Below, piece after piece: positions 22,601 to 32,653 of a stretch of DNA of 64,000 nucleotides. This DNA comes from an uncultured delta proteobacterium. Lineage in GTDB: Bacteria; Desulfobacterota; Binatia; UBA9968. The notes beneath the pieces were generated by a model. It did no database searches. It saw nothing but the letters and a program-made list of their open reading frames with translations, and had not been told where the DNA came from. Positions within the stretch are counted from its first letter, which is position 1. Every line of letters begins with the position of its first letter. The stretch spans positions 96,001-160,000 of the forward strand of contig CAVWLW010000054.1 of assembly GCA_963755715.1 (NCBI GenBank). Direction: 5' to 3'. The position numbers and the translations under genes were made by a program.

Positions 22601-23020
22601 GGGCTGTATTACGGAACAGATGTGGCCGAAGAGGCAGTGCAGTTCTGCCGAGCGAAATTCCCGCAATCGCGGTTCCATTTCGTTAAGAATGAGCATACGA
22701 GCATCCCGATCTACGGTATCGACTTCGACTTCATATGTCTGAGCAGTGTATTCACCCACATGTTCCCCGCTGATATCGCTGTTATGCTCGTCGATATTCG
22801 GCGGTTAATGGCTGACTCTGGCTGCGTGGTGGCCGATGCCTTTGTCTCTCCGGCAATCGCCGATTTCGTTGGAAACCGCGCGATGATCCAACTGAACGAA
22901 GGCAATCTGCTCGCAGAGTTTCGCAAGCATGGCTTTCGGGTTCGTGAGCTTTCCAGCACGACATGGAACGAACAATGCCGGCGGGTTATATATCACCTCA
23001 CCGCGCAAGAGTCGCGTTGA
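19661..23020 (+). CDS. Triple SAM methyltransferase fusion with N-terminal Trm112-like Zn motif and two Ig-like domains
   Basis: LCCPHCRG..CCQCQATYPVRHGVPIL, then VLEVGGC/FSTLHH, LDIGAWNGYFSFEA (CmoB/DUF1698-like) and VLDIGCGTGRL/SVFTHM. Confidence 0.85.
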   Translation: MDPEMLCCPHCRGSLRAASAGYSCCQCQATYPVRHGVPILIPGITVERSNFSVADDLITRICAAEKIPDQPENRATLREIFAWNYRLADIWLTAENNYYLKRVGLNADGYRPKAPRMDRESVNGNICYEIPFHYIPATLPPGETRSWNVRLVNKGAGVLSPEGSQPVFLCYRWRDPTGTITQSEEVRTTLPVEMAPGRGVTIPLWVATPGRPGQYTLEVLLGQDGPIWHEGGARRIDVQVSASWNSAVLADWLTLHRLPETYDYRIDHEVGRVFVKEELARRRQPLRHVLEVGGCCNPMTWDLPGELVSTDIDVQTLQVGALHFATTKPNIKFVAADALKQPFADGVFDCAVLFSTLHHLLDPVGCLREMRRVVRPGGFLAILCEPIGSYRAETLSAEFRRDLEEGINEQIFTDEEYAQMFDAAGLVATRAVIDGGSFKAILSRDGAVCSIDTTSSAPTRRPHMRTQLSHAGQEPLNIRFARRLTSPSAVPGQSAQPNRGTEMTDTTSELQKKINEMIWFHTIDFGNGVISPGTKSMLQLRREADAFFGCIDLRGRTFLDIGAWNGYFSFEAKSRGAGRVLATDKFTWTHPHLKGREGFELARKHLGYSIEAEEIDVAELTVERVGTFEVVLFAGVFCHLFEAPQLMQQAAHTATKLFIVETHQELIDLERPAMVYYPGATLANDETNFWGPNPPLMRQLLTESGFNEIHYRPHPDTEHDHIRGIYLAFRDVESMTSLSFDRAGRWRDLNRQPSTISYGEHVATSLPTIPICEAEGHYCYGDGVSGWLTVLAFETDLRVSGCAPFSISVTNDGIRVWPSVRLVLRWTVKEPDGGELILSDQIAAELSLLAPGKSQVLETSVPVPVNSVRDLDIAFHLMAADGTYWLPKDLPALLRRHISGQSAENVPADFDYEAMYRTVDLRQDWWTPVGPATRAEYESLGRAQCESLVALGLGPNARVLDIGCGTGRLTEALAPILSPEGLYYGTDVAEEAVQFCRAKFPQSRFHFVKNEHTSIPIYGIDFDFICLSSVFTHMFPADIAVMLVDIRRLMADSGCVVADAFVSPAIADFVGNRAMIQLNEGNLLAEFRKHGFRVRELSSTTWNEQCRRVIYHLTAQESR

Positions 23021-23125
23021 TGATTGTGGTTCCGAGAGGACCTTCAAATGACATCACTCGGATGTAGTAGACGTCGATTTGGTCCGGAGACCTGTCGGAA
23101 CAGCAGCAGCCAACTCGTGATGTAT

Positions 23126-24601
23126 CTACAAGACCCCCAAATTCTGCAACAACTCTTGCACGCGGGCACCAACGACCGCAGGGGCAAACAACTCACGAAG
23201 CAACGCTTGACCGCGTAGCCCCTTTGCGCGGGCTCCGGAACGATCCGCATAGACAGACCGGAGCGCTGCGACCGTCGCATCCAGTCTAGGCTCAGCCCAG
23301 ACTTGACCCTCCCAGCCCGGATAATCGCCTCTTTTCAAAGGGACAAGATCATAAGCCACAGGATATCCTGTCTCGGGGGTAACGAAGTCGGTTGTTCCCC
23401 CGTAGTCCGTCGCCACCACCGCCTTACCGGCCGCGAGGGCTTCTGCAGGGCCAAGACCAAAACCCTCGGACCGATGCAGCGAGATGAACACGTCGCAGCT
23501 TTGCATCATTGCATCCATTTGATCGCGGTTGAGTGTCCGGTCGATGACCTCGATGCGCGGATCGGTCGAAGCTGTTGCGGCAAGCCATTCGCGCACCCCC
23601 GAATCCTGCTCGCCGCGTGCTTTAACCACCAATTGGACATCGCGCTGACCGACCGGAAACGCGGCCTGGAAGGCGCATACCGCCGCGGTGAGATTCTTGC
23701 GGGCCCTGTAGGAATCGAAGTCGAGGTAGGTATACAGCCGCAAGATCTCGGGCGGGCCAGCTTTGTTGGCCAGCATCGCTGACATCCACATCGGCGGCCG
23801 CACCAGTCGGATTGGCCGGTCGAAATCCGGTGGAAAGGCATGTGCCACGAAGCTCGTCGGGGCCCAGATTTCGTCAAAGCGACGCGCCACGTCCAGCCAC
23901 GCCCGTGGAATCTGGCTGAGCTCCCAGAACGGGTAGAGGATGTTGACCCGCCCCGGGCCAATCTCGTGTGTCAGGTCGCAGATAGAAGGCAAGCCCACGA
24001 CGAGTAGATTTGCCTTGCGATCCGGAACCGTGATGCATTTGGTCATGAACTCGGCGACGCCTTCCCGACCGGGCAAAGGCAAATGACGAAATGACATTGG
24101 CAGGCGCCTAGCGTCGCACGCATAGGCCAAATTGCGCGCCGCTTGACCCAGGCCGATTTCCGAGCGCAGATACCCGATTAGGCACAACCCATCGTGCAAG
24201 CGGAGCGACGCCGGTTGCTCCATGCGGGCCGGGCGCGCAGTATCGTCCAGCCAGCGACATACTGCCGGGTTGCCAAGCCCCACCTGCAGCAAGTGGACAA
24301 TCGGGTTGCACTCGTGCGGATTAAATCCCTGTTCCAGTTGCGCGTAGTCCTCCGCGCTGAACCCTGGGGCCGGCTTGCGGCCTTCGCGCCAGCCAGATTG
24401 CATGTAATGCGCGAATGGATCAGCGCCGCAGGCCGCGACGTCCGGATACTCGGCGCAATACCAGTCCGCATTGAATAGGCCGAGCCGCTCGGCCAAGGCG
24501 CGGTCATTTCGGGTAACGGGCGGAGTGGCGAAATCGGATATCCCCTCGAGGTCCGACACCAGGCGCTGCCCGCGATCATTGGTCTGCATTAATTGAGACA
24601 C
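23126..24601 (-). CDS. Glycosyltransferase family 4 with N-terminal FxxxWY-DPxxHY repeat domain
   Basis: FNADWYCAEYPDVAACGADPFAHYMQSGWREGRKP; SLHRSEGFGLGPAEA. Confidence 0.88.
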   Translation of the reverse strand: MSQLMQTNDRGQRLVSDLEGISDFATPPVTRNDRALAERLGLFNADWYCAEYPDVAACGADPFAHYMQSGWREGRKPAPGFSAEDYAQLEQGFNPHECNPIVHLLQVGLGNPAVCRWLDDTARPARMEQPASLRLHDGLCLIGYLRSEIGLGQAARNLAYACDARRLPMSFRHLPLPGREGVAEFMTKCITVPDRKANLLVVGLPSICDLTHEIGPGRVNILYPFWELSQIPRAWLDVARRFDEIWAPTSFVAHAFPPDFDRPIRLVRPPMWMSAMLANKAGPPEILRLYTYLDFDSYRARKNLTAAVCAFQAAFPVGQRDVQLVVKARGEQDSGVREWLAATASTDPRIEVIDRTLNRDQMDAMMQSCDVFISLHRSEGFGLGPAEALAAGKAVVATDYGGTTDFVTPETGYPVAYDLVPLKRGDYPGWEGQVWAEPRLDATVAALRSVYADRSGARAKGLRGQALLRELFAPAVVGARVQELLQNLGVL

Positions 24602-26301
24602 TGCAAATTTCTGTCGATATCGGCTCGATCCTCGGAACGCGATGCATGATCGGGCGTAGCAGATCCAGGATCATCATACACTTCCCGACCGTCAGACCAC
24701 GGAAAGCGGGCCTGCGCGACGTTGCCCAGCTCAACCCAGGGGTTGCGATACGGATCATGGCGGAATTGTTCGAGCCACCGCGCCGCCATGCATACCATCG
24801 CAGCCTGCCGCATCCGCGCAACTTCGGGCGAAAGCTCCGTGCCTCGTGTCGATGACTCAAAATGAAAAATTCCGTCCAGGGGGAGGCAAAGCACGCGGTA
24901 GCCAGCCTTGCGAACTCGAAGACAGTAGTCGACGTCGTTGAATTCAATGGGCAGATGCACTTCGTCGAACCCGCCGACCTGTACAAACACTTCACGCCGG
25001 CTGGCCATCAAGGCGCCTGTCACCGCTTGGTAATTGCGCACCGAGGAAAGAGCGTTCAAATATCCGGCGTCACCACGCCTTGCTCCGCGCAGCACATGAA
25101 GTGCGAGCATCGTCTTCACGCCAGCATGACCCTCACGCAATAACATACCCCCATGCTGAACCGAGCCGTCGGCATTGAGGAGTTTCGTGCCCACCACCCC
25201 CACTTCGGGCCGAAGCGCATGGGCCAGCATCTGCTCCACCAAGCCTGGCGACGTGATCTGTACATCATTGTTCAAGAGTAAGAACATCGGCGATGTGGAA
25301 ACCGCCACGCCTATATTGACCATGCGGGCGAAATTAAACTTCTGATTCATCGAAACGATCTTGGCTCCGTGGCGCTCGCGCAGCTGCGCGTACATCGCCG
25401 GGACAGCGGGATCATCGCTGTCATTGTCCACGATCACCAATTCCGTGCGGAACCGGTTCTGGAATTCCATAAACCTGAGGCATTGTGCCAGCAGGTCCGG
25501 CCGGTTGCGATTGGGGATGATCACCGCAAGATCCGGCATCGCGCACGGAGGCGAGAATGCCACTACAACGGGTGGAGGGACTGACTCAACGGGTTGAGGG
25601 ATATGCACCAGGGTCTCCGTCACGTGGCGCGCCGCAAGATGAGGTTCTTCTTGGGCGACGATACGCAGCCAGTCATGAAGATTGGCGCATGAGGTTGCTT
25701 GCGCTCGGCGGCGCTGGATCAGCCCACGCGATGCCACAAACGCCGTCTCAATATAATCCTGCGACTGGATCAGATCGGGGTCCCAGCCCGGGCTGAAGGT
25801 GGGGTGGGAGAATTCATGCGCGCCCGTGACGCGATCATGGTCGCAGAGCATCAAATCCGGAACGCGAGCGCCAGGCGCCGTGTTAAGCGCCGCGTTCAGC
25901 ATCATGAAGGTATCCGCATCAAACATCGTACCGGCCACAACGAACATCAAATGATCACCGCGCCACAGTCTGTCAGCGTGCAAATCGCGCAGAATATCAA
26001 GATGTGAGAGTCCTGGTTCGAAAAACAGACCCCGGTAACTGGCAAAATCCTCGGCTTGGTGGACATTGCCAATGGCCCCTCCCACGACCAGCACTTCGAT
26101 GTTTCGATATGTCTGTTGGAGCAAGGAGCGTAGCGTTGCGTCCAGCCTCGCGCTCGCCTTACCTGCGTCGATGGCATAGACGATGAGGGAAATCAGGTTG
26201 TTGCGCAGCCCTACCAGTCGTGCGCTTTCGTCGAGCCGGTCCGTTAACCGAGACTGTCGCCAGGAGGGGTAATCGCGGGCGGGCAAATTTATGTCACGCA
26301 A
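24589..26301 (-). CDS. Glycosyltransferase family 2 (tandem GT2), probably the C-terminal part of a fusion with the upstream FkbM protein
   Basis: IIPNRNRPDLL, FNFARMVN, LLNND and AVTGA..FNDVDYCLR. The frame is open upstream to the A10 tract at 26436-26445. Confidence 0.88.
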   Translation of the reverse strand: MRDINLPARDYPSWRQSRLTDRLDESARLVGLRNNLISLIVYAIDAGKASARLDATLRSLLQQTYRNIEVLVVGGAIGNVHQAEDFASYRGLFFEPGLSHLDILRDLHADRLWRGDHLMFVVAGTMFDADTFMMLNAALNTAPGARVPDLMLCDHDRVTGAHEFSHPTFSPGWDPDLIQSQDYIETAFVASRGLIQRRRAQATSCANLHDWLRIVAQEEPHLAARHVTETLVHIPQPVESVPPPVVVAFSPPCAMPDLAVIIPNRNRPDLLAQCLRFMEFQNRFRTELVIVDNDSDDPAVPAMYAQLRERHGAKIVSMNQKFNFARMVNIGVAVSTSPMFLLLNNDVQITSPGLVEQMLAHALRPEVGVVGTKLLNADGSVQHGGMLLREGHAGVKTMLALHVLRGARRGDAGYLNALSSVRNYQAVTGALMASRREVFVQVGGFDEVHLPIEFNDVDYCLRVRKAGYRVLCLPLDGIFHFESSTRGTELSPEVARMRQAAMVCMAARWLEQFRHDPYRNPWVELGNVAQARFPWSDGREVYDDPGSATPDHASRSEDRADIDRNLQCLN

Positions 26302-26432
26302 TCGCTTTTCAGTTTCGAGGACGAATTCAGGACTTTCAGCACCGGGGCTTTCAATGATTGATGGCTGAGAGCAGTCAGAGGACGGGATTTCGTTCGGAAA
26401 GGTTAAGCTAGTAACTTCATAGGAGATGTTAT

Positions 26433-27984
26433 TTATTTTTTTTTTGAACCGCGCTTTACCGGTTCCGTGAAGAGAAAGTGAAGATATCTAAAAACCGCGG
26501 ACTTCTCTCTTGTTTCGCGATACTTGTTCAGCGCTTTCCAACCAATAGTATTCTTAATCGTTGCGAGTTCCTGCTCCTGCGCCTTTGCGGCTGCTTGGAG
26601 CTGGGCCAGCTTCTGCGCCTGAAGCTGGGCAGCCTCCTGCTCCACACGGTCCCGCTCTGCTTGGAGCTGGACCCACTCCTGCCCCTTTGCATCTAACGCC
26701 TTTTGTTGACTTTGGACCAATGCCTGAAGCTGGGTAGCCTCCTGCTCCACACGGTCCCGCTCTGCTTGGAGCTGGACCCACTCCCGCCCCTTTGCATCCA
26801 ACGCCTTTTGTTGACTTTGGACCAATGCCTGAAGCTGGGCAGCCTCCTGCTCCACACGATCCCGCTCTGCACTGGAGCTGGAGCCACTCCTGCCCCTTTG
26901 CATCTAACGCCTTTTGTTGACTTTGGACCAATGCCTGAAGCTGGGTCAGCTGCTGCTCTGTGTGCGTTATTGTCTGTTGCTGCGCTGCCTGAAAAGCCTT
27001 TGCATCGCTTCGAAATTGCTGAACTTCAGTTTCATTAGCCCAAAACTCAATGCCCAGCACCCTAGCTGCCTCAGTTTTCGACATTACCTCGTACTTGTAT
27101 TGAGGTTTCTTGATGAGCGCTAGCGCCAGGTCATCAAGGGTAGTAACTGGAATGAGGGGTGGCAGTCGATGTAGCTGATCTAGCTGATCCTGAACGCCGG
27201 AAAGGCGTTCTACCGGAATGAAGATCAGACCAGCCTCGCCACCGTCGGCGAAGAAATTATCTACGACTTGGCTAAAATTGTTAGTGTTATAAGCTGGTAC
27301 AATGAGAAGGTACGTGCCGTATCCTTCTTCTTTCATCAATTGCACCACCGGCCACCCGTAATGGAGAGAGTTGCATTCTGCAAAAACCACCGGTCGCTTA
27401 GCACGTAGCGTTTGTCGGGCTCCTCTCAGGACATTTAACTCCATATTCTCTGCATCGATTTTGATCAAATCACATCTGTCGATGGCGAGTTGATCAACAG
27501 TCATTACATCGATGGTGTAGTGTTTATGGTCGTCACTGGTGGTACAAACGGCATCCAAAATTGAGGTGCCCGCGAAGTTACTGGCATCTCGGATGTCTAG
27601 CTCCGGTATCTGTGCCTGTGAAACCCCCTCCGATACGGCAGAGTTAAACAATTTCACGTTAGCCATTCCATTTTGAGCCACGTTCTTCTTCAGGACTTCG
27701 AAGAACAAGGGCTGTGGCTCAAACGCGTAGACTTCGCCGCCACCGTTTACTCGCTTAGCAAACGCCAAAGTATGAGTCCCAATAAATGCACCAATATCGA
27801 GAACTGTGTCCCGTGAACCTATTAACGCGAGAAGAAATTCAATTTCAGCTTGAGCCCATTCTCCATAATCTCTGAGCGATCGAGAGATGACAGTATCGTT
27901 TTTGAAGAACGAGATGAGCCCATATCGGCAGGGTCTCGTTTCGATATCATTTTCTTCCAAGATCACCATAACATTGTTATTCAC
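26433..27984 (-). CDS. FkbM-family methyltransferase with repeat-built coiled coil (frameshift near 26871)
   Basis: VLDIGAFIGTHT, FEPQ and IKIDAENME. Continues into ORF 26433..26903 once one extra base in a repeat unit is removed. Confidence 0.88.
26621..26945. repeat. 105-bp tandem repeat x3 (35 aa = five heptads)
   Basis: Units start at 26621, 26726 and 26831 (the third is 106 bp); encodes QALVQSQQKALDAKGxEWVQLQAERDRVEQEAxQL. Confidence 0.95.
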
Positions 27985-28460
27985 TCTCTGCAGAAAGGAT
28001 GCGGGGTGCCAGAACCGCGTTTATCAACACTCAGACTAGGAGCCATTCCTCGTCTACATATAAAGCGCGGCGCCTTTGCGGAAAGGGGACACACCTTCGC
28101 TCACATTCCGATCTCAGCCTTAGTTCTTGGTTGCTGAATTTTCCCTGCGAAACCCTCTGGTTCGCAGGCCAGCGCCAGTTAAAAACCGAGCCGCGCAAAC
28201 TCTCTCCCGTGAGATATAGTTGTGTAAGGTTCCGCTGTCAATTGCAAGATGTGACCGTCTTCCGAATTAGGCATATGGGATGGAGGAAGCATCGCCTTTT
28301 TTATTTGAATACTTTAACCCATGGAAATTTGTGGGTATCGTGTTCAGCCTGCAATGGCGCACAAATATCTTCCATTTTTGAACCTACTAAATAGACTAAA
28401 ATTTTTCTCATTAAACCAAAGCGCTGCTAAAAGCATGAATACACATTCTTTCACAACAGG

Positions 28461-29330
28461 TTACGCGAGGCTATTCGGGCAAGGAGGGGGAGGCATGGCT
28501 AGTATTCGGGTACCCGCGCCAATCAGTAATGGGTAGAGGCTTGGAACGCGATCACGATGACGATTGGCGTTGAAAGCCACCACGTTATATCCCCTAATAT
28601 ATTGGGATGGAAATGGACTGGCCTGCGATGGCGTATACGCCACCAAGCCTTCGGGGCATGCAAATAGAAACTCATACCCATATCCCATCAGGAATGTGAA
28701 GACTTCCCATGGGCCATAACCGAACGCCCGCTCCCAGGGTGAGAAAACCTCAATCAGCATGAGCGGACGATACCGTTTCAGCAACTCAGTAGCTCCCCGG
28801 AGTACGTACAATTCGGCTCCTTCTACGTCGATCTTGATGAAGTCAGGGGGGACTTGTTTCTTCTGCGAGATAAGGGAATCGAGCGGAATGAATCGACAGT
28901 CGTAACTATCTATTTGATGGGTCTCTTGGACTCTGCTCCAATTCTCTCTAGGTGCCATCGAGCCCATCCCGAATAGTCCTTTCGGTACATTGATCTCCGC
29001 TTGTTTTTCTGATTCAGCCAGACCGTAAGGATGAGTAATTATCGGCGCTTTCAAGTGGGAATCTCGTTCAACTGCAACGCGAAGCGTCTCGTATATGGCC
29101 AAGACGGGTTCGAACGCGATTACCTTGCCACTCGGGCCGGCTAGCCGTGCAAGAAATAGCGAGACATCTCCCACATTTGCGCCGACGTCATAACAGTAAT
29201 CACCAGGTCGGATAATAGCCTCATAGATTTGCTCCTCGAAGTTCGCCGGAGTTACTGACGGGTTCCGGGGCCAGTGCTCCAATCCCAGAAATTCCTCGGC
29301 TACACGTTTGATTCTCTTAACAAGTTTCAT
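28461..29330 (-). CDS. FkbM-family methyltransferase
   Basis: YDVGANVG, AFEP and FIKIDVEGAE. Confidence 0.9.
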   Translation of the reverse strand: MKLVKRIKRVAEEFLGLEHWPRNPSVTPANFEEQIYEAIIRPGDYCYDVGANVGDVSLFLARLAGPSGKVIAFEPVLAIYETLRVAVERDSHLKAPIITHPYGLAESEKQAEINVPKGLFGMGSMAPRENWSRVQETHQIDSYDCRFIPLDSLISQKKQVPPDFIKIDVEGAELYVLRGATELLKRYRPLMLIEVFSPWERAFGYGPWEVFTFLMGYGYEFLFACPEGLVAYTPSQASPFPSQYIRGYNVVAFNANRHRDRVPSLYPLLIGAGTRILAMPPPPCPNSLA

Positions 29331-29587
29331 GCATATGCCTTAACTTGTAGGACATGAGTTGATAGGTCCGATTGCGTTGGACAAGAATCGCTTAAGCCGC
29401 AGCCTTCTGGGGTTTAGAGGGCAGATTGCTCAAGTGTATTGACAGTTGCAATCAATTCTTGGTGCGTTTTTTCATAATAAGACATCTCTTCCTTCTTTGG
29501 AGAGAAACTTTCAAAGCATAGATCCGAGACGAGTCGTCGCAGCTGCAAAGATCTCGGCAATAGATTTTTTCACAAGTTTTAAATATC

Positions 29588-29800
29588 TCAGTTCAGCGGC
29601 TTATCCGAGGGCAATCCGCCCCAGCCGATTGTGGTGTGGCCCCCGGCTGAGGAGCGCAACACAACTATACGCGACGCCGGTACACCGCTACATCCGCTCT
29701 CCCGTCACCATCATAGTCCGCGGGCCAGCAGCGATATGTCCTGAGATAATCCTCCCCATCTCACTGCCGTCTGCATGCCGTCTGAAGAACACCTGATGAA
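29588..29800 (-). pseudogene. Remnant of an FG-GAP/VCBS-repeat protein C-terminus
   Basis: Hand translation across frames gives VRWGGLSQDI / PADYDGDGRADVAVYR / VLRSSAGGHTTIGWGGLPSDKPLN*. Confidence 0.75.
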
Positions 29801-30482
29801 CCACCGAGAACGTCACATTTTTTGGCACCCAAAACCTAACCCGTCGCTAACGGCTAGAAAAACTTCTGTTCAAGATAATACAGTAACCATAACAGGCAGG
29901 GTGGTCGAGACCAAGAATCTCTTCGGTCAATCGCGAATCACGATGGCATCATAGTCTCAGCTCCCCGTTCACATCGAATTAAAAATGCTCCGCAGCGTGT
30001 ATCGAAAAAGTCTATTGCGTTAAGATAATCCAGATGCGAACTGTTTTAAACCATCAGGGTTTCCCCTATTTTCGAATCTAAATTCCTTAGTAGGAATGCG
30101 CCGTGGCGTCACTTCTTCATCACGATCACGTTTGAGGGAATATCCTAAAAGCCGTAGGCCCTAGGAATGCATGCCTCGCCGCAGTAGTAAGGACATCTCG
30201 CCGTAAATAGGTGCGGTCTTCCCTCAAAAGCGATGCTGTCGTAGTCGGCGAGGCCGCTCAGTGTCGACGAAAATAGCCGCCAGGTGAGCGGTCCAAAAAT
30301 CACTGCTTTGTTCGCTCCTCGAGTCGCGACATTGCACGATGAAATCCCGCGGCCTTGTCGTGGCAATGAGAACTCCACCAGGGCCTTTATAACCGTTAAG
30401 AAATATCCGCTCAGTTAGTCCGGAGTCGTCACCCCTACCAGTGGTGAACAGGAAGGCAGGAGTGCGTAGGTTGTGAGTCTTG

Positions 30483-30970
30483 CTACTTAGGTCGTTTCTT
30501 AATGAATACAATGGAAGGCGTAATGGTGAGATTTTCGAATTTGGACCCACGAGTAGCCGTTCCGGTTACACGTGCGCGTGTCAGATCTTTTGCTCCTTGT
30601 TCGTCAACGAGTTCCTTTATGAACCCAACCATTCCGTAGCGGTGGCTGTTAGAGGATATGCGGAAAGCACGCCGAGTTTCCTTGGCAAGGATAACAAGCC
30701 AGAATAGAGTTTGGAACGGGGGCGGTAAGTTTTTCCGTCCGTCCAATCACTCCAATATCCAGTTCCCCAGTCTTCAATTACATAAAGTCCGGATGGCTTT
30801 AGGTGGTTGTCAAACAAATGCCAGAACGCGATCTTGGTCAAATCTCCAAAATGAGAAGCGTCATCAATGATGATATCGAATCCTTCGGGGGCAGTTTTGC
30901 GAGCGACCACGCTTAAAAGCGGTGTCTTCTTGCGCACCCTGAAACACGTGGACACGCTCTTCATTAGAGA
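30483..30970 (-). pseudogene. 5'-truncated, frameshifted class I methyltransferase
   Basis: RVHVFQGAQEDTAF / FDIIIDDASH...GLYVIEDWGTGYW / HRYGMVGFIKELVDE spread over three frames; the SAM-binding N-terminus is missing. Confidence 0.75.
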
Positions 30971-31153
30971 TCGGCGGTCAGTATGGTGACGGTGCGAGCG
31001 GCAAGGGTACGCACCTGCCATTCAACTTTCAGCTGCTTCGACTGCCATGAAATGCGCGAGGGATCGCCGCCGCCGTGGAGCGCTACGAGGCATTGCTGCC
31101 TGCTTACTCTTGGCCGAACTGGGTGCTCGGGCCCGCAGGGCCATGAGACTTTC

Positions 31154-32578
31154 CTATCCGCTGATCGCGGGATCGAGGCCTAATTCGCGCATTCGATCGC
31201 GTCGGAAGTCGCAGGTGGCACAAAGTCCCGACCATCGTCCAACAGCCAATGACTTTCGGAGATGGCGCCAATCCGGTCCCGTCCATGCCTCGTCGAGGTT
31301 CGGTCGCTCAAGGTTTAACTGCCCAAGACGTATTCCCTCACAACAGGTGCCAAGCTCACCGTTAGACAGAACGGAGACTGTCTCGAAGGGGAAGTGACAT
31401 ACCCAGCTGGCCGAGTTAGCTCTTTGCGGGCGAAGTTCGGCACCGCTACCCGCAGAAATGCTTTCTTCATCGCAGCGTCGTTCTGGCTCGTCGCTTTTAG
31501 CGGAAAGACCTGTTTTGACCTCAATCGTCTCAAGAAGTGTTTTCCCGGCTTCGGAATCATCACGCGCCGTACCGGTTGAGGCGCACCTCCTGAACCGCCT
31601 CCAGCGCCCCACGATCGAGCGTGCGCCTGGAACGGCCCGGCCGATAGCCATAAGCCGTCGGTTCCAGGTCCGCCTCGAAGATCGCCTGCTGTGTCCGGTC
31701 TCACGAGGTACCGAGACCCCAACTGAACCAGATTTGCTCCGCCAAGTCGTTGCGTTTAGGGGTATCACTTCAACGAGGGCCGTTCTCGTTTCATCGAGAT
31801 TCGGCGGCAGCTGGACATGGATCCCGCGACGTGCCGCCTCGCCGCGGATCTGGTCGAAAACTCGATTCGCCGCAGCCGCGTGATGTACAAGCGACTGACT
31901 CGTTTGTTCGCCCGTCACTGGGTTGAACAGCCGGTATTGAACGCGGTCGACGCCTTTATCTACGAGATCCAGAATAGCCAGAAGGTCGTCGAGATTGTCA
32001 TAGAAACAGGTCACCAGTGAAAAAATCTTCAGCTTTGACCCCCCGGCAAGACGACGCCGGGCAGCAACGAGCATTTCTAAGTGTCGTTCTACCTTGTTCC
32101 ACGGAAAGTGACGAATCCGTTCGAATGCAGCTCCGATACCTTCCAACGAAAAGACGAACTCGTTACATGCCAGCGCGATGAGCTCCGCTCGCTCCTCGTC
32201 CATCAAAGTTAGATTTGAAATCACCTCGAGATGGATCGACCCGAGTTCGTGAACTCGGCGGAGAAAACGATTGAAGTGCGGTGATGTCAGTTGTTCCCCC
32301 TGATCAGTTCCACCCAACCGCACGCATCGGACGTGGGGCAGCAGATGCTCCATCACATAATCAATGAGCTGTACTGGTGACTGTTGGGCGAGTAGGTCGT
32401 ACACTCCGCGAGCGCAGTGGTCACAACGCAAATTGCATTTTCCATTGAGCGAAAACATCAACTTCTTCGGTGGAACCCGCCCGCTGAAATCCTGCAAGTC
32501 CGTATCAGCGTCGGCATACCAAAACCCTCTTGTGTCTGGCCGAACTGTGTGCGATTCAACGCCATCCCGGAGAGTCAT
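31154..32578 (-). CDS. Radical SAM protein with SPASM/twitch-like C-terminal domain
   Basis: CNLRCDHC (CxxxCxxC); C-terminal CHFPF...GELGTCC...CATC. Confidence 0.85.
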   Translation of the reverse strand: MTLRDGVESHTVRPDTRGFWYADADTDLQDFSGRVPPKKLMFSLNGKCNLRCDHCARGVYDLLAQQSPVQLIDYVMEHLLPHVRCVRLGGTDQGEQLTSPHFNRFLRRVHELGSIHLEVISNLTLMDEERAELIALACNEFVFSLEGIGAAFERIRHFPWNKVERHLEMLVAARRRLAGGSKLKIFSLVTCFYDNLDDLLAILDLVDKGVDRVQYRLFNPVTGEQTSQSLVHHAAAANRVFDQIRGEAARRGIHVQLPPNLDETRTALVEVIPLNATTWRSKSGSVGVSVPRETGHSRRSSRRTWNRRLMAIGRAVPGARSIVGRWRRFRRCASTGTARDDSEAGKTLLETIEVKTGLSAKSDEPERRCDEESISAGSGAELRPQRANSASWVCHFPFETVSVLSNGELGTCCEGIRLGQLNLERPNLDEAWTGPDWRHLRKSLAVGRWSGLCATCDFRRDRMRELGLDPAISG

Positions 32579-32653
32579 ACGGAACTCCTTTGTGCAAGGT
32601 GAGTAAATTAGTGATGTGTCAAATGGACATGCAGAGCGGGGCGGTATTCTGCC

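Noticed and set aside
26621-26945. Tandem repeats as a CRISPR array
   Set aside because: No unique spacers, in-frame coding, and no cas genes
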